Source of the DNA: Deltaproteobacteria bacterium
GTDB taxonomy: Bacteria > Desulfobacterota > Syntrophia > Syntrophales > UBA2210
Length of the DNA: 48,049 nucleotides
Assembly (NCBI GenBank): GCA_018399535.1
Contig: JAGYOR010000002.1
Location: forward strand, 1-48,049
Reading direction: 5' to 3'
Part shown: in pieces, positions 19,184 through 30,284 of the stretch
How the letters are laid out: each line of letters begins with the position of its first letter
Numbering within the stretch: position 1 is the first letter of the stretch
The notes under the pieces: generated by a model
Database searches by the model: none
What the model was told of the DNA's origin: nothing
What the model saw: the letters and a program-made list of their open reading frames with translations, nothing else
Made by a program: the position numbers and the translations under genes

Positions 19184-19217
19184 GAATAAAAAAGGCAAGA
19201 TAATCATCTTGCCTTTT
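19184..19217 (-). terminator. Intrinsic terminator ending the alpha operon (after rplQ)
   Basis: On the minus strand, AAGGCAAGAU-GAUU-AUCUUGCCUU is a perfect 10-bp stem followed by UUUUAUUCUUG. It starts 9 nt after the rplQ stop. Confidence 0.82.
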
Positions 19218-19224
19218 CTGCGGT

Positions 19225-19626
19225 TTATTTCGTCGATCCGCCGGATTGCCCGGAACGCTTTTTCGGCGCCGTTTCAGGCATAAGCTCGATAACTGAGAGG
19301 GACGCTTTGTCGCCGGGACGAGGTCCCTTCTTCATAATCCGCGTGTAGCCGCCTTCCCGATCCTGGTAGCGGGCTGACAAAACGTCGAATACTTTCTCCG
19401 TCGTGTCGCGATCACGAATAAAACTGAGCGCCTGGCGCCGTGCGTGAAGCGTTCCTTTCTTGCCAAGCGTTATCATCTTGTCCGCAACGCTTCTCAGCTC
19501 CTTGGCCTTCGCATCAGTCGTGGTTATTTTTTCGTGTTTCAGAAGGGACGTCACGAGGTTCCTCATCATCGCCTTCCTGTGGCTCGAGGTCCTGCCCAAC
19601 TTCCTTCCGGCTTTTCTGTGACGCAT
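19225..19626 (-). CDS. rplQ: 50S ribosomal protein L17
   Basis: 133 aa. [24 protein letters not shown] is the canonical L17 N-terminus, and it lies downstream of rpoA. Confidence 0.97.
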   Translation of the reverse strand: MRHRKAGRKLGRTSSHRKAMMRNLVTSLLKHEKITTTDAKAKELRSVADKMITLGKKGTLHARRQALSFIRDRDTTEKVFDVLSARYQDREGGYTRIMKKGPRPGDKASLSVIELMPETAPKKRSGQSGGSTK

Positions 19627-19673
19627 TTCTTTTTGATCCTTTCCCGGTTGCCAGACTGTCCGCGGCGTTCAAA

Positions 19674-20663
19674 TTATTCCCGTTCAGGGGGTTGCGGAGG
19701 AAATTCGATTTTCATCCCCAGAGAAAGTCCCATTTCTCCAAGTATTTCCTTGATTTCGTTCAGGGATTTCCTGCCGAAATTTTTCGTCTTGAGCATTTCC
19801 GCTTCCGTTTTCTGAACCAGCTCGCCGATGTACTGAATACCGGCATTCTTTAAACAGTTTGCCGATCGAACCGAAAGCTCAAGTTCGTCCACGCTCTTGT
19901 AAAGATTGTCGTTTTCGCGGGGTTCTTCTTCACCTTCCGGTGCTTCTTCCTCTTCTTCGCGATCTTCGAAATTGATAAAGACATCGATCTGTTCTTTCAA
20001 AATCCTGGCCGCATAGGCGAGGGCGTCCTCGGGAAAGATGCCACCATCGGTCCATATCTCCATAACAAGTCTGTCATAATCGGTTATATGCCCCACCCGC
20101 GCGTTTGACACAGTATAGGCGACTTTCTTTATCGGCGAGAAAATCGAGTCGATATTGATTGTTCCTTCGGGCTGATCAGGATCGCGCTCGCTTTTCGCCG
20201 GAACGTATCCTTTGCCGATTTTCACGGCCATCTCGGCCTTCAAGACGGCGTCACGGGAAAGTGTCGCGATATGGTGATCGGGGTTCAGTATGTCGACCGT
20301 TCCGTCGGTTATTATATCGCCCGCCTTCACGACGCCCTCACCGGAGGCATTGATGTGAACCATCTTCTGCTCTCCCTGGTGAATTTTTACCCGCACTCCC
20401 TTAAGATTGAGAATAATCGTAGTGACGTCTTCCTTGACGCCCGGGATGGTTGTAAACTCGTGCAGGACACCGTCTATCTTTATCGAAGCGATCGCGGCAC
20501 CGTAAATGGAGGAGAGGAGCACCCTGCGCAGGGAGTTGCCCAGAGTCGAGCCGAATCCCTTTTCTAGCGGCTGGCAGTCGAATTCACCATAATATTGGGT
20601 ATGGGTGTCTTCATCAACCTCGATACGTTTTGGTTTTATCAGACTGCGCCAATTTCTCTGCAT
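19674..20663 (-). CDS. rpoA: DNA-directed RNA polymerase subunit alpha
   Basis: 329 aa. It has an N-terminal dimerisation domain ([16 protein letters not shown]...) and a C-terminal domain ([24 protein letters not shown]). Confidence 0.97.
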   Translation of the reverse strand: MQRNWRSLIKPKRIEVDEDTHTQYYGEFDCQPLEKGFGSTLGNSLRRVLLSSIYGAAIASIKIDGVLHEFTTIPGVKEDVTTIILNLKGVRVKIHQGEQKMVHINASGEGVVKAGDIITDGTVDILNPDHHIATLSRDAVLKAEMAVKIGKGYVPAKSERDPDQPEGTINIDSIFSPIKKVAYTVSNARVGHITDYDRLVMEIWTDGGIFPEDALAYAARILKEQIDVFINFEDREEEEEAPEGEEEPRENDNLYKSVDELELSVRSANCLKNAGIQYIGELVQKTEAEMLKTKNFGRKSLNEIKEILGEMGLSLGMKIEFPPQPPERE

Positions 20664-20697
20664 AGTATCGATTCCTCGTTTTAGTACATGGGTTCAA

Positions 20698-21330
20698 CTA
20701 TTTGGAATAAAACTCGACCACCATCTGCTCCTCAACGGGCATGGTCAATTCTTCCCGGGTCGGCAGAGCCTTCACGACGGCGGAGAACTGAGCCTTGTCA
20801 AGCTCGATCCAGTCGGGAACACCCCGCCGGGCCACCGTATTCATGGCCTCGAGGATACGTGCGGTATTCCGGGATTTTTCCCGAACCTGCACCGTATCTC
20901 CCACGGTGACAAGATAAGATGGAATGGTCACTTTTTTGCCGTTCACGGTAAAATGGCCGTGCCGGACGAGCTGCCGGCCCTCGTTTCTCGAACCGGCGAA
21001 CCCCATGCGGTACACCATGTTGTCCAGCCTGCTTTCGAGCATGAGAAGAAGCTTCGTCCCCGTCACGCCCTTTCCTCGCTCTGCTTTATAAAAATAGCTT
21101 CGGAACTGTTTTTCCATGAGTCCGAACATTCTCTTTAATTTCTGTTTTTCCCTGAGCTGAAGGCCATAATCGGAACGTTTTCTTCGCGCCCGCGTCTGTC
21201 CGTGTTCTCCCGGCGCATAGCCCCGCCTCTCGAATGAACACTTGTCGCTGTAACACCTGTCCCCCTTCAGAAAGAGCTTGGTTCCTTCCGCCCTGCATAG
21301 CTTGCATAATGATTCTCTGTATCGTGCCAA
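20698..21330 (-). CDS. rpsD: 30S ribosomal protein S4 (zinc-ribbon form)
   Basis: The canonical N-terminus (M)[30 protein letters not shown] begins at TTG 21330, with GGAGG 6 nt upstream. The track ORF extension to 21420 overlaps rpsK and is rejected. Confidence 0.93.
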   Translation of the reverse strand: MARYRESLCKLCRAEGTKLFLKGDRCYSDKCSFERRGYAPGEHGQTRARRKRSDYGLQLREKQKLKRMFGLMEKQFRSYFYKAERGKGVTGTKLLLMLESRLDNMVYRMGFAGSRNEGRQLVRHGHFTVNGKKVTIPSYLVTVGDTVQVREKSRNTARILEAMNTVARRGVPDWIELDKAQFSAVVKALPTREELTMPVEEQMVVEFYSK

Positions 21331-21385
21331 AACGTTCCTCCATGAACGGCCGTTTCCGTAAAGCCGTATTAAAATGATACTGTCG

Positions 21386-21778
21386 TCAGACTCTCCGCCG
21401 CTTTGGTGGACGGCATCCATTGTGAGGAATGGGCGTCACGTCCCTGATCAGTGTCACCGTCAGTCCCGCCGCCTGGATCGCACGTAAAGCCGACTCTCTC
21501 CCAGCTCCAGGTCCCTTGACGTAGACCTGCACCGTCCTGAGGCCGTGCAATTTCGCCTTTTTCACCGCTTCCGTCGCGGTCAACTGCGCGGCAAAGGGAG
21601 TGCTCTTCCGGGATCCCTTGAATCCCTGCCCTCCGCCGGAAGCCCAGGCAATGGCATTGCCGCTCATATCCGTTATGGTGACGATCGTGTTATTGAACGT
21701 CGAATGAATATGGGCGATCCCCTCGCTGATGTTTTTCTTTTCCTTCTTTTTTACGCTCTTACGCGCTGGTCGAGCCAT
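21386..21778 (-). CDS. rpsK: 30S ribosomal protein S11
   Basis: 130 aa. [18 protein letters not shown] and the ...[17 protein letters not shown]-terminus are typical of S11. Confidence 0.97.
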   Translation of the reverse strand: MARPARKSVKKKEKKNISEGIAHIHSTFNNTIVTITDMSGNAIAWASGGGQGFKGSRKSTPFAAQLTATEAVKKAKLHGLRTVQVYVKGPGAGRESALRAIQAAGLTVTLIRDVTPIPHNGCRPPKRRRV

Positions 21779-21796
21779 CGTGCCTCCAGATAATGC

Positions 21797-22171
21797 TTAT
21801 TTCTTCCTTTTGCCGCTTCCTATCGCCCGGCGGGGACCTTTACGCGTTCTCGCGTTGGTGACGGTCCTCTGCCCCCTGACGGGCAGACCCTTTCTGTGGC
21901 GAAGCCCCCGATAGGCGCCGATATCCATGAGGCGCTTGATCGACATGGAAACGTCCCGTCTCAAGTCGCCCTCGACCCGGTATTCGCGGTCGATAATGCT
22001 TCTGATTGCAGTAATCTGATCATCAGCAAGCCTGTCGCTGTTCGTATCGAAAGCGACATTGGCTTCCTCAAGAATTACCATCGCCTTGGATCTCCCGATA
22101 CCGTAAATATAGGTCAGGGCGATGTCCATCCGCTTGTTTTTCGGCAAGTCAACCCCGGCAATCCGTGCCAC
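21797..22171 (-). CDS. rpsM: 30S ribosomal protein S13
   Basis: 124 aa with a GTG start preceded by AGGAAGGAG. (M)[13 protein letters not shown] is the canonical N-terminus. Confidence 0.97.
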   Translation of the reverse strand: MARIAGVDLPKNKRMDIALTYIYGIGRSKAMVILEEANVAFDTNSDRLADDQITAIRSIIDREYRVEGDLRRDVSMSIKRLMDIGAYRGLRHRKGLPVRGQRTVTNARTRKGPRRAIGSGKRKK

Positions 22172-22187
22172 CTGCAGTTCTCCTTCC

Positions 22188-22301
22188 TTATCCCTGGCGT
22201 TGTTTATGCTTGGGATTCTCGCAGATAACCCGCACGATTCCCCGTCGCTTGATTATCTTGCATTTGTCACACATTTTTTTTACCGATGCCCGTACTTTCA
22301 C
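22188..22301 (-). CDS. rpmJ: 50S ribosomal protein L36 (zinc-binding form)
   Basis: This gene is not in the ORF track because it is under 60 aa. My hand translation of the minus strand is GTG-AAA-GTA-CGG... = [37 protein letters not shown], with TAA at 22190-22188. It sits between infA and rpsM as expected. Confidence 0.93.
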   Translation of the reverse strand: MKVRASVKKMCDKCKIIKRRGIVRVICENPKHKQRQG

Positions 22302-22328
22302 GTCACGTTCTCCGTTTACGACGGTGGC

Positions 22329-22547
22329 TTATTTGGAGCGATATACGATCCTGCCGCGCGTCAGGTCATAGGGCGACAGCTCAACAGTAACCTTGTCACC
22401 CGGTAAAATTTTAATAAAATGCATCCTCATCTTCCCCGAAATATGGGCCAGTACCCGATGGCCGTTTTCAAGTTCCACCCGGAACATTGCATTGGGCAAC
22501 GGTTCGATAACCGTCCCCTCGACCACGATTGAATCTTCTTTTGCCAT
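22329..22547 (-). CDS. infA: Translation initiation factor IF-1
   Basis: 72 aa. [30 protein letters not shown]...[14 protein letters not shown] is the canonical S1-like IF-1. Confidence 0.97.
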   Translation of the reverse strand: MAKEDSIVVEGTVIEPLPNAMFRVELENGHRVLAHISGKMRMHFIKILPGDKVTVELSPYDLTRGRIVYRSK

Positions 22548-22575
22548 TGACTCTCCGCTGCTTCCGACCGTCTTC

Positions 22576-23325
22576 TTATGAAACCACGCTTAGAACACGC
22601 GGTCCCTCGTCCGTAATGGCCAACGTGTGTTCAAAGTGAGCCGACAATTTACCGTCTCTGGTCACGACGGTCCAGCCGTCCTGTTTTACATCCACTTCAT
22701 AGGTCCCCTGGTTTATCATGGGCTCTATGGCGATCACCATCCCTGCCTTGAGCAGGATACCCCGCCCAGGCGGGCCGAAATTCGGAATCGGTGGATCTTC
22801 ATGAAGATTTTTGCCGATTCCGTGTCCGACGTAGTCCCGCACGGCGGAAAACCCCCCTGCTTCTACGTGCCGTTGAACCGCATTCGATATATCTCCCAGC
22901 CTGTTACCGGGCACCGCATTCGAGATGCCCTGATCAAGGGATTCTTTCGTTGCCTGCATCAGCCGCCGGGCAGATTCCGAAATTGATCCTACCGGTATGG
23001 TGACTGCAGAATCACCGAAATACCCGTTGTAACAAACACCGAAATCGAGACTGACAATGTCGCCTTCTTTCAGTTCCCGCTTCGACGGAAACCCGTGAAC
23101 AACTTCCTCGTTGACGGAGGTACACAGGGAAAAAGGGAACCCGCCATACCCTTTAAAGGCCGGAACGGAGCCGCGGCTTCTGGCCGCTTCTTCCGCCCGA
23201 CGGTCCAGTTCCAGAGTCGTGATACCGGGCTCTACAAGCTCTCGCATCAAGGCCAGCACGTCGGCAACGATTGCGTTGCTCTCCCGCATTTTTTCTATTT
23301 CTTCGGGAGATTTTAAAATAACCAT
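22576..23325 (-). CDS. map: Type I methionine aminopeptidase
   Basis: 249 aa with the pita-bread fold and metal ligands in the motifs DIVSLD, GHGIG and EPMI. Confidence 0.95.
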   Translation of the reverse strand: MVILKSPEEIEKMRESNAIVADVLALMRELVEPGITTLELDRRAEEAARSRGSVPAFKGYGGFPFSLCTSVNEEVVHGFPSKRELKEGDIVSLDFGVCYNGYFGDSAVTIPVGSISESARRLMQATKESLDQGISNAVPGNRLGDISNAVQRHVEAGGFSAVRDYVGHGIGKNLHEDPPIPNFGPPGRGILLKAGMVIAIEPMINQGTYEVDVKQDGWTVVTRDGKLSAHFEHTLAITDEGPRVLSVVS

Positions 23326-23336
23326 TCCATTTCCCC

Positions 23337-24644
23337 CTATCGCCTTCTGGCCAGTTTCCCTTTTTTCATGAACCCGTCGTACTGCCTCGTCAGCAGGTGC
23401 GTCTCAATCTGACCCGCCGTGTCGAGCGCCACACCGACAACGATCAGCAGCGCGGTCCCGCCGAAGTAAAATGGAACGTGAAAATTGCTTATAAGAATAC
23501 TCGGCAACACGCAAACTGCCGACACATACATGGCGCCGCCGAAAGTAATCCGCGTCAGAACCCAGTCTATATGCTCGGCGGTTTTCTTCCCCGGCCTGAT
23601 ACCGGGAATGAAGCCGCCGTGTTTTTTCATGTTGTCGGCCACATCGACCGGGTTGAAGGTAACTGCTGTGTAGAAATAACAGAAAAAGACGATAAACGCC
23701 ACATAGAGTAATTCATAAAACAGCCGCCCCGGCATCAGGTATTCCGCCACCATGTTCATCCATGGGTGCGAAACGAAATTCGCGATCGTTGCCGGAAACA
23801 TTATGATGGACGACGCGAAAATGGGAGGAATAACTCCCGCGGTATTGACCTTCAGCGGCAGATGCGTCGTCTGGCCTCCGTACATCTTTCTTCCCACGAC
23901 GCGCTTTGCATACTGCACAGGGATTCTGCGCTGGCCGCTCTCCACGAACACGATGAATCCCACCACGGCCAGCATGAAGACAAAGAGAATGATGACGAAA
24001 AATATTCCCATCTCTCCCGTCCAGAGCAACCTCGTGGTGTTTACGACGGCCGCCGGCAGGGTGCAGACGATGCCTGCGAATATGATCAACGATATCCCGT
24101 TGCCGATTCCCTTTTCCGTTATTGTTTCGCCCAGCCACATGAGAAACGATGTACCGGCCGCGAGCGTCATGACGCTCATGAACCGAAAGGCCCATCCAGG
24201 CTCCATCACCACCGAAAGTCCCGAAGGACCGGCCATGCTTTCGAGTCCCACCGAAATTCCGAATCCCTGAATGATACTCAGGAGCACCGTTCCGTAGCGG
24301 GTGTACTGAGTTATTTTACGCCGTCCCGCATCGCCTTCCTTCGACAGCTTTTCGAGGTGGGGAACGGCCACAGTCAGCAGCTGCAAAATAATGGAGGCGC
24401 TGATGTACGGCATGATGCCCAATGCGAACACGGAAAGCGTGCTCAAAGCACCGCCGGCGAACATGTCAAAGAGCCCGAGCAGGGAACCTCGTGCCTGCTC
24501 AAAAAATGCGGCCAGGGCCGCCGTATCGATCCCGGGAGTTGGAATATGGGCGCCGATCCGGTAAACGGCGAGCAGTGCGAACGTAAAAAGTATTCGCTTC
24601 TGCAGCTCCGGTATTTTTGTAATATTATCTAATCCGCCAAACAA
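23337..24644 (-). CDS. secY: Preprotein translocase subunit SecY
   Basis: 435 aa with 10 hydrophobic segments. The N-terminus ...[24 protein letters not shown] is canonical. TTG start lies 2 nt after the rplO stop, with GAGGT 9 nt upstream. Confidence 0.95.
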   Translation of the reverse strand: MFGGLDNITKIPELQKRILFTFALLAVYRIGAHIPTPGIDTAALAAFFEQARGSLLGLFDMFAGGALSTLSVFALGIMPYISASIILQLLTVAVPHLEKLSKEGDAGRRKITQYTRYGTVLLSIIQGFGISVGLESMAGPSGLSVVMEPGWAFRFMSVMTLAAGTSFLMWLGETITEKGIGNGISLIIFAGIVCTLPAAVVNTTRLLWTGEMGIFFVIILFVFMLAVVGFIVFVESGQRRIPVQYAKRVVGRKMYGGQTTHLPLKVNTAGVIPPIFASSIIMFPATIANFVSHPWMNMVAEYLMPGRLFYELLYVAFIVFFCYFYTAVTFNPVDVADNMKKHGGFIPGIRPGKKTAEHIDWVLTRITFGGAMYVSAVCVLPSILISNFHVPFYFGGTALLIVVGVALDTAGQIETHLLTRQYDGFMKKGKLARRR

Positions 24645-24645
24645 C

Positions 24646-25086
24646 TTATATGACCTCTACCGTACCGCCCGATGCTTCGATCTTCTCCCGCGCGGCCTTC
24701 GATACGCCCGCGGCTCTCACCGTCAGTGGAACGGTAATTTCGCCTTTGGCCAGCACCTTGATGCCGTCGCCCTGCCGCTTGATGATTCGCCGCTCAAGCA
24801 AGGCGTCGGCGTCCACGACGGCGCCCTCAGGAAAAGAACCGAGCTGCGACACATTGACGGCAATGATATCCCTGCGGAAGGGATTACGAAAGCCACGCTT
24901 CGGCAGGCGCCTCGTCAACGGCATCTGGCCGCCCTCAAATCCCGGCTTTATTTTCCCGCCGGACCGGGCGTTCTGGCCTTTCGATCCCTTGCAGGACGTG
25001 CCTCCGTGACCCGATCCATTGCCGCGACCCACTCGTTTTCTGCGCTTCTTCGCCCCGGCGGGAGGCCGTAATTCGTTCAACTTCAT
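24646..25086 (-). CDS. rplO: 50S ribosomal protein L15
   Basis: [30 protein letters not shown] is the canonical L15 start at ATG 25086, which forms an ATGA overlap with the rpmD stop. The 6-aa extension in the track ORF is rejected. Confidence 0.95.
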   Translation of the reverse strand: MKLNELRPPAGAKKRRKRVGRGNGSGHGGTSCKGSKGQNARSGGKIKPGFEGGQMPLTRRLPKRGFRNPFRRDIIAVNVSQLGSFPEGAVVDADALLERRIIKRQGDGIKVLAKGEITVPLTVRAAGVSKAAREKIEASGGTVEVI

Positions 25087-25289
25087 GACGCAGTCTCCTC
25101 GCATTCTTCGACGGAAACCAGGTGACTGACCTTTCTGATCATTCCTTTGACTTCCGGTGTATCGTTCAGGCTTACCGTTCTGCCTACTTTCCCGAGCCCC
25201 ATGCCGAGAAGAACCCGTCTTTGTTTTTCCGGTCTTCCTATAGGGCTTTTCACCAGTGTAATTTTCACGCGACTCGTCACGGCTGACAC
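25083..25289 (-). CDS. rpmD: 50S ribosomal protein L30
   Basis: KITLVKSPIGRPEKQRRVLLGMGLGKVGRTV is typical of L30. The start is uncertain. GTG 25289 has GAGG too close, whereas GTG 25280 has GAGG 8 nt upstream. Confidence 0.9.
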   Translation of the reverse strand: MSAVTSRVKITLVKSPIGRPEKQRRVLLGMGLGKVGRTVSLNDTPEVKGMIRKVSHLVSVEECEETAS

Positions 25290-25300
25290 CTCAAACAGGG

Positions 25301-25780
25301 TTATAATTCCGATAATTCCTTGTTCCGAAGAGCGGCAATGTGTTCGGGCGCTCTCAAATCTTTGAGCCCCGCCATGGTCGCCTTGACCAGGTTGTGCGGA
25401 TTATGGGACCCGAGGCACTTTGTCAGCACGTTGCGAACGCCCGCAACCTCGAGAACGGCCCTCACGGCCCCACCGGCGATCAATCCCGTCCCCTTGGCAG
25501 CCGGTTTCAGGAGAACCCTGCCCGATCCATAGTGGCCGACGACGCCGTGCGGTATGGTTCCGTCCTTGATAGCTACACGGGCCATGTTTTTCTTTGCCAT
25601 CTCCGTTCCCTTGCGAATCGCCTCGGGTACTTCCTGCGCCTTGCCGAGACCGATTCCGACGGAACCGTTCCCGTCTCCCACGACCATGACGGCACTGAAC
25701 CTGAAACGCCTTCCGCCCTTGACCACCTTGGCCGTTCTCTTGATCGCGATCACCTTGTCGAGAAGTTCGTTCTCTTCCAT
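25301..25780 (-). CDS. rpsE: 30S ribosomal protein S5
   Basis: 159 aa. [30 protein letters not shown] is the canonical S5 dsRBD motif. Confidence 0.97.
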   Translation of the reverse strand: MEENELLDKVIAIKRTAKVVKGGRRFRFSAVMVVGDGNGSVGIGLGKAQEVPEAIRKGTEMAKKNMARVAIKDGTIPHGVVGHYGSGRVLLKPAAKGTGLIAGGAVRAVLEVAGVRNVLTKCLGSHNPHNLVKATMAGLKDLRAPEHIAALRNKELSEL

Positions 25781-25806
25781 GTCTTCCTTTTCCGCGCCTG
25801 TTTCTG

Positions 25807-26175
25807 TTAAATTTTCAGTCCTTCGTGCCGCGCACCATCCGCGAGCGCCTTGACACGACCGTGGTAAAGATAGCTTCCCCGGTCATAAACCGCCTCGGTG
25901 ACATTATCCGCAAGGAGACGCCGGGCGATGTGTCTGCCCACTTCATACGCGGCGTCGATTTTTTTCCTGCCTTTTAAATCGTCCCTCACTTCTCCGGCGA
26001 GCGACGAAATCGCTGCCAGGGTTTTCCCGGCGTCGTCATCGATGGCCTGAGCATATATATAACGTGTGCTTCTGAAGACGGAAAGCCGCGGTCGTTGCGC
26101 CGTCCCGCGGATTTTACCGCGTACCCTGCTTTTCCGTCTCCCTCTGTTTTTTTTCAATCTCTTTTCAAAAGACAC
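25807..26175 (-). CDS. rplR: 50S ribosomal protein L18
   Basis: 122 aa with a GTG start and AGAGGAG 9 nt upstream. [20 protein letters not shown] is canonical L18. Confidence 0.96.
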   Translation of the reverse strand: MSFEKRLKKNRGRRKSRVRGKIRGTAQRPRLSVFRSTRYIYAQAIDDDAGKTLAAISSLAGEVRDDLKGRKKIDAAYEVGRHIARRLLADNVTEAVYDRGSYLYHGRVKALADGARHEGLKI

Positions 26176-26205
26176 AACCCATTGCTCCTCTTAGGTTATC
26201 CCGCC

Positions 26206-26745
26206 TTATGCGCCAGCCGATTTTCCGACTTTGCGGCGCACCGTTTCCCCGGCGTATCGTATGCCCTTTCCCTTGTAGGGTTCGGGCTTTTTAAGTGCGC
26301 GGATTTCGGACGCCACGCGGCCCACCAGTTCCTTATCGATGCCGCTGATGGTGACGCCGACCTGCTTTTCGATCGAGACGGTTATTCCGTCGGGAACCGG
26401 GTATTCCACGGGTTTTGAAAAACCGAGCAACAGCTTGAGCGTGCTTCCTTCGATTTCGCCGCGGTAACCTACGCCCACGATCTCGAGACGCTTTTCGTAT
26501 CCCTTGCTGACACCCTGCACCATGTTGAACAACAGCGTTCTCGCGAGACCCTGAAAGGCCCTCCCTCGACGGTTGTCCGCCCGCCTTGCTACGTTGATTT
26601 TACCGTCGTCAACGGTGATATCGACGTCCCGGGGCAACGGCCGCTCCAAGGCGCCTTTCGGACCTTCAACCTTGACAAGCCCGTTCTCCACGGCAACGGC
26701 AACCTTTTCCGGTATTGGTATCGGCTCTTTACCTATCCTCGACAT
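26206..26745 (-). CDS. rplF: 50S ribosomal protein L6
   Basis: 179 aa. MSRIGKEPIPIPEKVAVAVENGLVKVEGPKG is the canonical L6 N-terminus. Confidence 0.97.
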   Translation of the reverse strand: MSRIGKEPIPIPEKVAVAVENGLVKVEGPKGALERPLPRDVDITVDDGKINVARRADNRRGRAFQGLARTLLFNMVQGVSKGYEKRLEIVGVGYRGEIEGSTLKLLLGFSKPVEYPVPDGITVSIEKQVGVTISGIDKELVGRVASEIRALKKPEPYKGKGIRYAGETVRRKVGKSAGA

Positions 26746-26776
26746 GAATGCTTCTCCCGATTACGACTCGCACCGT

Positions 26777-27181
26777 CTACCAGACGCTGCAGATCAATTC
26801 TCCGCCCACGTTGAGTGCGCGTGCCTCCTTGTCGGTCATTATTCCCTTCGACGTGGAAACTATCGCCACTCCATATCCGTTGAGCACCGGAGGAATCTCG
26901 CGACTTTGCGAGTACACACGGCGACTGGGCTTGCTGATTCTTTGCAGGTCTCGAATGACCTGGCCCTTCGAGGACGAATATTTTAAATATATCCTCAATA
27001 CGCTATGCCCGGTGCGATGATCCTTCTTGACATCGTATCCGTTGATGTAGCCGGTTCTCTTTAACACCTTCGCAATCTCGGTGTTCATTTTCGACATGAG
27101 AACATCGACACTCTTGAATTTGTTACGATTCGCGTTTCGTATACGCGTCAGCATATCAGCTATCGGATCCGTTACGGCCAT
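26777..27181 (-). CDS. rpsH: 30S ribosomal protein S8
   Basis: 134 aa. [17 protein letters not shown] is the canonical S8 N-terminus. Confidence 0.97.
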   Translation of the reverse strand: MAVTDPIADMLTRIRNANRNKFKSVDVLMSKMNTEIAKVLKRTGYINGYDVKKDHRTGHSVLRIYLKYSSSKGQVIRDLQRISKPSRRVYSQSREIPPVLNGYGVAIVSTSKGIMTDKEARALNVGGELICSVW

Positions 27182-27192
27182 ACCTTAACCCC

Positions 27193-27378
27193 TCACCAGC
27201 TTGCCTTGATCATGCCGGGAATTTCCCCGTTAAGCGCACGCTTGCGCAGGCATATACGGCACATGTCAAATTTGCGATAGTACGCGCGCGACCGTCCACA
27301 GAGAGGACAGCGGTTGTACTCCCGAACGGGAAACTTGTTTTTCCTTTTGGATTTCACCATCAAGGATGTTTTTGCCAC
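27193..27378 (-). CDS. rpsN: 30S ribosomal protein S14, type Z (zinc-binding)
   Basis: 61 aa with a GTG start and GGAGG 7 nt upstream. It carries [20 protein letters not shown] (CxxC...CxxC) and ends in ...IPGMIKASW. Confidence 0.96.
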   Translation of the reverse strand: MAKTSLMVKSKRKNKFPVREYNRCPLCGRSRAYYRKFDMCRICLRKRALNGEIPGMIKASW

Positions 27379-27399
27379 TCTCGATCCTCCGTCCGAATG

Positions 27400-27939
27400 C
27401 TAGTTTCGAAAAGCGAGGCCCATCATGCGGAGCAATTCCCGCGCCTCGTCGTCCGTCCTGGCAGTCGTTACAATAGTTACGTTCATCCCGAACACCTTGT
27501 CTATCTTGTCATAGTCCGTCTCGGGAAAAATATAATGCTCGGCGACACCCGTCGAAAAATTTCCCCTACCGTCAAAGGAACGGGGCGAGATACCCCTGAA
27601 ATCACGTATCCGGGGAATTGCTACATTGGCGAAACGGTCAAAGAACTCGTACATACGGTCGCCCCGAAGCGTCACCATGCATCCTATCGACATGCCCTTT
27701 CGCAGTTTGAAGGTCGCGATCGATTTTCTCGCCTTCGTAACCACCGGCCGCTGACCCGTAATCATGGAAAGCTCCGAAATGGCCGAGTCGAGAAGTTTCA
27801 CGTTTTGAATCGCCTCGCCCAGTCCGATATTTACCACTATCTTCTCGAGCCGGGGGACCTGCATGATATTCTTGTAGCCGAACTCTTTCTTCAGAGTGGG
27901 AACGACTTCAGTTGTGTAATATTCCCTTAATCTCGCCAT
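27400..27939 (-). CDS. rplE: 50S ribosomal protein L5
   Basis: 179 aa. [37 protein letters not shown] is canonical L5. Confidence 0.97.
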   Translation of the reverse strand: MARLREYYTTEVVPTLKKEFGYKNIMQVPRLEKIVVNIGLGEAIQNVKLLDSAISELSMITGQRPVVTKARKSIATFKLRKGMSIGCMVTLRGDRMYEFFDRFANVAIPRIRDFRGISPRSFDGRGNFSTGVAEHYIFPETDYDKIDKVFGMNVTIVTTARTDDEARELLRMMGLAFRN

Positions 27940-27954
27940 CGATACATCCCCTGA

Positions 27955-28299
27955 CTATTCATCCAGAATCTCTCCGCATTTACTGCAGACGCGGACTTTT
28001 TTTCCGTCCTGAAGCACCCTATGACCCACGCGGACTTCCTTGTCGCATTTACTGCAGACCACCAGTACATTCGACACGTGAATCGAACCTTCCTTCTGCA
28101 GAATACCGCCCTTGCCCTTGGCGTCGGGACGCTGGTGCTTCTTCACGAAGTTCACTTTTTCCACAACGACCCTGTTCTTGTCTTTCAGGATCTTGAGGAC
28201 TTTGCCGGTCTTGCCTTTTTCCTTGCCGGCTATGACCTTTACCGTATCGTCTTTTCGTACGTACATGTGCCGTTTCCCGTCGTTTTTGCGCGCCCTCAT
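27955..28299 (-). CDS. rplX: 50S ribosomal protein L24 (with C-terminal CxxC...CxxC zinc-ribbon)
   Basis: KOW motif [21 protein letters not shown] is present, and the C-terminus reads [33 protein letters not shown]. The start is ambiguous. ATG 28299 forms an ATGA overlap with the rplN stop, while ATG 28266 (MYVRKDD...) gives the family-typical N-terminus. Confidence 0.93.
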   Translation of the reverse strand: MRARKNDGKRHMYVRKDDTVKVIAGKEKGKTGKVLKILKDKNRVVVEKVNFVKKHQRPDAKGKGGILQKEGSIHVSNVLVVCSKCDKEVRVGHRVLQDGKKVRVCSKCGEILDE

Positions 28300-28664
28300 A
28301 TGGCTTCAGGCGCCAGTGACACGATTTTCATGAACTGCCTGGCGCGTAATTCACGGGCCACGGGCCCGAATATCCGTGTTCCCACGGGTTCCATGTTATC
28401 GTTAATGAGGACAGCCGCGTTATCATCGAACTTGAGATAGGTACCATCTTCCCGTCCCACCTCTTTGACCGTTCGGACCACGACGGCCTTCATCACGTCG
28501 CCCTTCTTCACCTTGCCGTTCGGAATGGCCTCTTTCACCGAAACGATGATTACGTCGCCCACACGCGCGTACCGCCTTCTCGAACCGCCAAGCACTTTGA
28601 TGCAACTGACCCGCTTGGCCCCTGAATTATCCGCCACGTTCAAGGATGTCTGCATTTGTATCAT
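28296..28664 (-). CDS. rplN: 50S ribosomal protein L14
   Basis: 122 aa. [28 protein letters not shown] is canonical L14. Confidence 0.97.
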   Translation of the reverse strand: MIQMQTSLNVADNSGAKRVSCIKVLGGSRRRYARVGDVIIVSVKEAIPNGKVKKGDVMKAVVVRTVKEVGREDGTYLKFDDNAAVLINDNMEPVGTRIFGPVARELRARQFMKIVSLAPEAI

Positions 28665-28689
28665 AAGACTACCTCATCCCAGGCGCGCA

Positions 28690-28947
28690 TTATCTCGCCT
28701 TCTCAATCACCTGCCGGACGCGCCATCGTTTATCTCTGCTCAGCGGCCGCGATTCCACAATCAGCACACGATCACCTATACCGCAACGGTTGTTCTCATC
28801 GTGGGCTTTATATTTTATGTGCCGTCTCACGTACTTGTGAAACTTCTGATATTTCACCAGCCGTTCCGTTCGAACGACGACCGTCTTGTCCATTCTGTCG
28901 CTTACCACAATTCCCTGAAGGGTTTTTCTCGGTTTCCGTTGATCCAT
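28690..28947 (-). CDS. rpsQ: 30S ribosomal protein S17
   Basis: 85 aa. [34 protein letters not shown] is canonical S17. Confidence 0.97.
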   Translation of the reverse strand: MDQRKPRKTLQGIVVSDRMDKTVVVRTERLVKYQKFHKYVRRHIKYKAHDENNRCGIGDRVLIVESRPLSRDKRWRVRQVIEKAR

Positions 28948-28952
28948 ACCGA

Positions 28953-29144
28953 CTACCTAACCCCCTTTTCCCTGAGCATCGTCTTGACCAGAGCGATGTT
29001 CTTCCGGGTCTTTTTCAGCGACGCCGTCGACTCAAGCTGGCCTGCCGCGCTTCTGAAGCGCAGTTTAAAGAGTTCTTCCACGAGACTCCCTTCCTTCTGT
29101 CTCAGTTCGTCAACGCTGAGTTCCCTGATTTCCTTAGGCTTCAT
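28953..29144 (-). CDS. rpmC: 50S ribosomal protein L29
   Basis: 63 aa. [18 protein letters not shown]...LFKLRF is canonical L29. It overlaps the rplP 3' end by 11 nt. Confidence 0.96.
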   Translation of the reverse strand: MKPKEIRELSVDELRQKEGSLVEELFKLRFRSAAGQLESTASLKKTRKNIALVKTMLREKGVR

Positions 29145-29562
29145 CGAATATCTCCCGGGACAGAAATTTCGTCGCTATGGGAAGTTTCTGGGCTGCCAGC
29201 CTGAAGGCTTCCTGGGCGATCTCCCGGGGAATTCCTTCCATTTCGTACAGCACCGCGCCCTTCTTGACGACCGCCACCCACTCTTCCGGCGAACCCTTCC
29301 CTTTTCCCATCCGTGTTTCAAGGGGTTTTTTCGTCACAGACTTTTGGGGAAATATCCTGATCCAGACCTTACCGCCGCGCCTGACACGGCGGGTAATGGC
29401 GATACGGGCCGCCTCGATCTGGCGTGCCGTCACATGGCCGCTTTCGGTGGCCTGCAAGCCGAACTCACCGAAATCAACCTTGTTCGCTCTCTGAGCCTTA
29501 CCTTTCAGGGATCCCTTCCCCTTTTGTATTTTCCTGTATTTTACCCGTTTTGGCGCCAGCAT
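29134..29562 (-). CDS. rplP: 50S ribosomal protein L16
   Basis: 142 aa. [23 protein letters not shown] is the canonical L16 N-terminus. Confidence 0.97.
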   Translation of the reverse strand: MLAPKRVKYRKIQKGKGSLKGKAQRANKVDFGEFGLQATESGHVTARQIEAARIAITRRVRRGGKVWIRIFPQKSVTKKPLETRMGKGKGSPEEWVAVVKKGAVLYEMEGIPREIAQEAFRLAAQKLPIATKFLSREIFDEA

Positions 29563-29615
29563 AACTCCGCTTCCCGTCCTGTCCTGTGAAGTAACCCTCT
29601 TTTAAAAACGTATTC

Positions 29616-30263
29616 TCAGATCCCCACGGCCTTCCCGTCGGGAAGAATCTCGCCGTGGAATATAAGTACCTGGACACCTATCGCGCCGTAGGTCGTACGC
29701 GCTTCCGCCAGCCCGTAGTCTATATCTGCCCTCAGCGTGTGCAAAGGCACGCGGCCTTCACGGTACCACTCCCGTCGGGCCATTTCCGCGCCTCCCAGCC
29801 TGCCGGCACAGGCGACGCGGATCCCCTGGGCGCCGAATTTCATTGCCGTCTGTACGGCACGTTTCATCGCCCTTCGAAAAGCGACGCGCCGTTCGAGCTG
29901 CAGTGCAATATTCTCGGCAACCAGTTGGGCATCGATTTCAGGTTTCCGTACTTCCAGAATATTTATAATGGCCTCGCCGGTCATGAACCGCTCGAGTTCT
30001 TTTTTTAACTTTTCGATCTCCGCGCCTTTCCTCCCGATAATAATACCGGGTCGGGCCGTGTAGATGTTTATCTTTGCCTTCTCCGCGGCGCGCTCAATCT
30101 CTATCTTAGAAACGCCCGCATGATAGAATTTCTTTTTCAGAAACTCCCTGATCCTGATATCCTCGTGCAGAAGCCGGGCGTACTTCTTGTCGGCGAACCA
30201 CCGGGAATTCCATGTCTTATTAACACCCAGCCTGAATCCGATCGGATTTACTTTCTGGCCCAA
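29616..30263 (-). CDS. rpsC: 30S ribosomal protein S3
   Basis: 215 aa. (M)[21 protein letters not shown] is the canonical N-terminus. TTG start at 30263 has GAGGAGGTGA just upstream. Confidence 0.97.
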   Translation of the reverse strand: MGQKVNPIGFRLGVNKTWNSRWFADKKYARLLHEDIRIREFLKKKFYHAGVSKIEIERAAEKAKINIYTARPGIIIGRKGAEIEKLKKELERFMTGEAIINILEVRKPEIDAQLVAENIALQLERRVAFRRAMKRAVQTAMKFGAQGIRVACAGRLGGAEMARREWYREGRVPLHTLRADIDYGLAEARTTYGAIGVQVLIFHGEILPDGKAVGI

Positions 30264-30284
30264 GGCCTCACCTCCTCATAACCG

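Noticed and set aside
28465-29589. 374-aa plus-strand ORF spanning several ribosomal protein genes
   Set aside because: It is antisense to rplN, rpsQ, rpmC and rplP and crosses their intergenic gaps. It has no family resemblance, so it is a shadow ORF. The same reasoning applies to 42936-43979, 40671-41273, 9962-10858, 10680-11450, 12072-12887, 6028-6882, 45713-46408 and the other plus-strand ORFs in the track.
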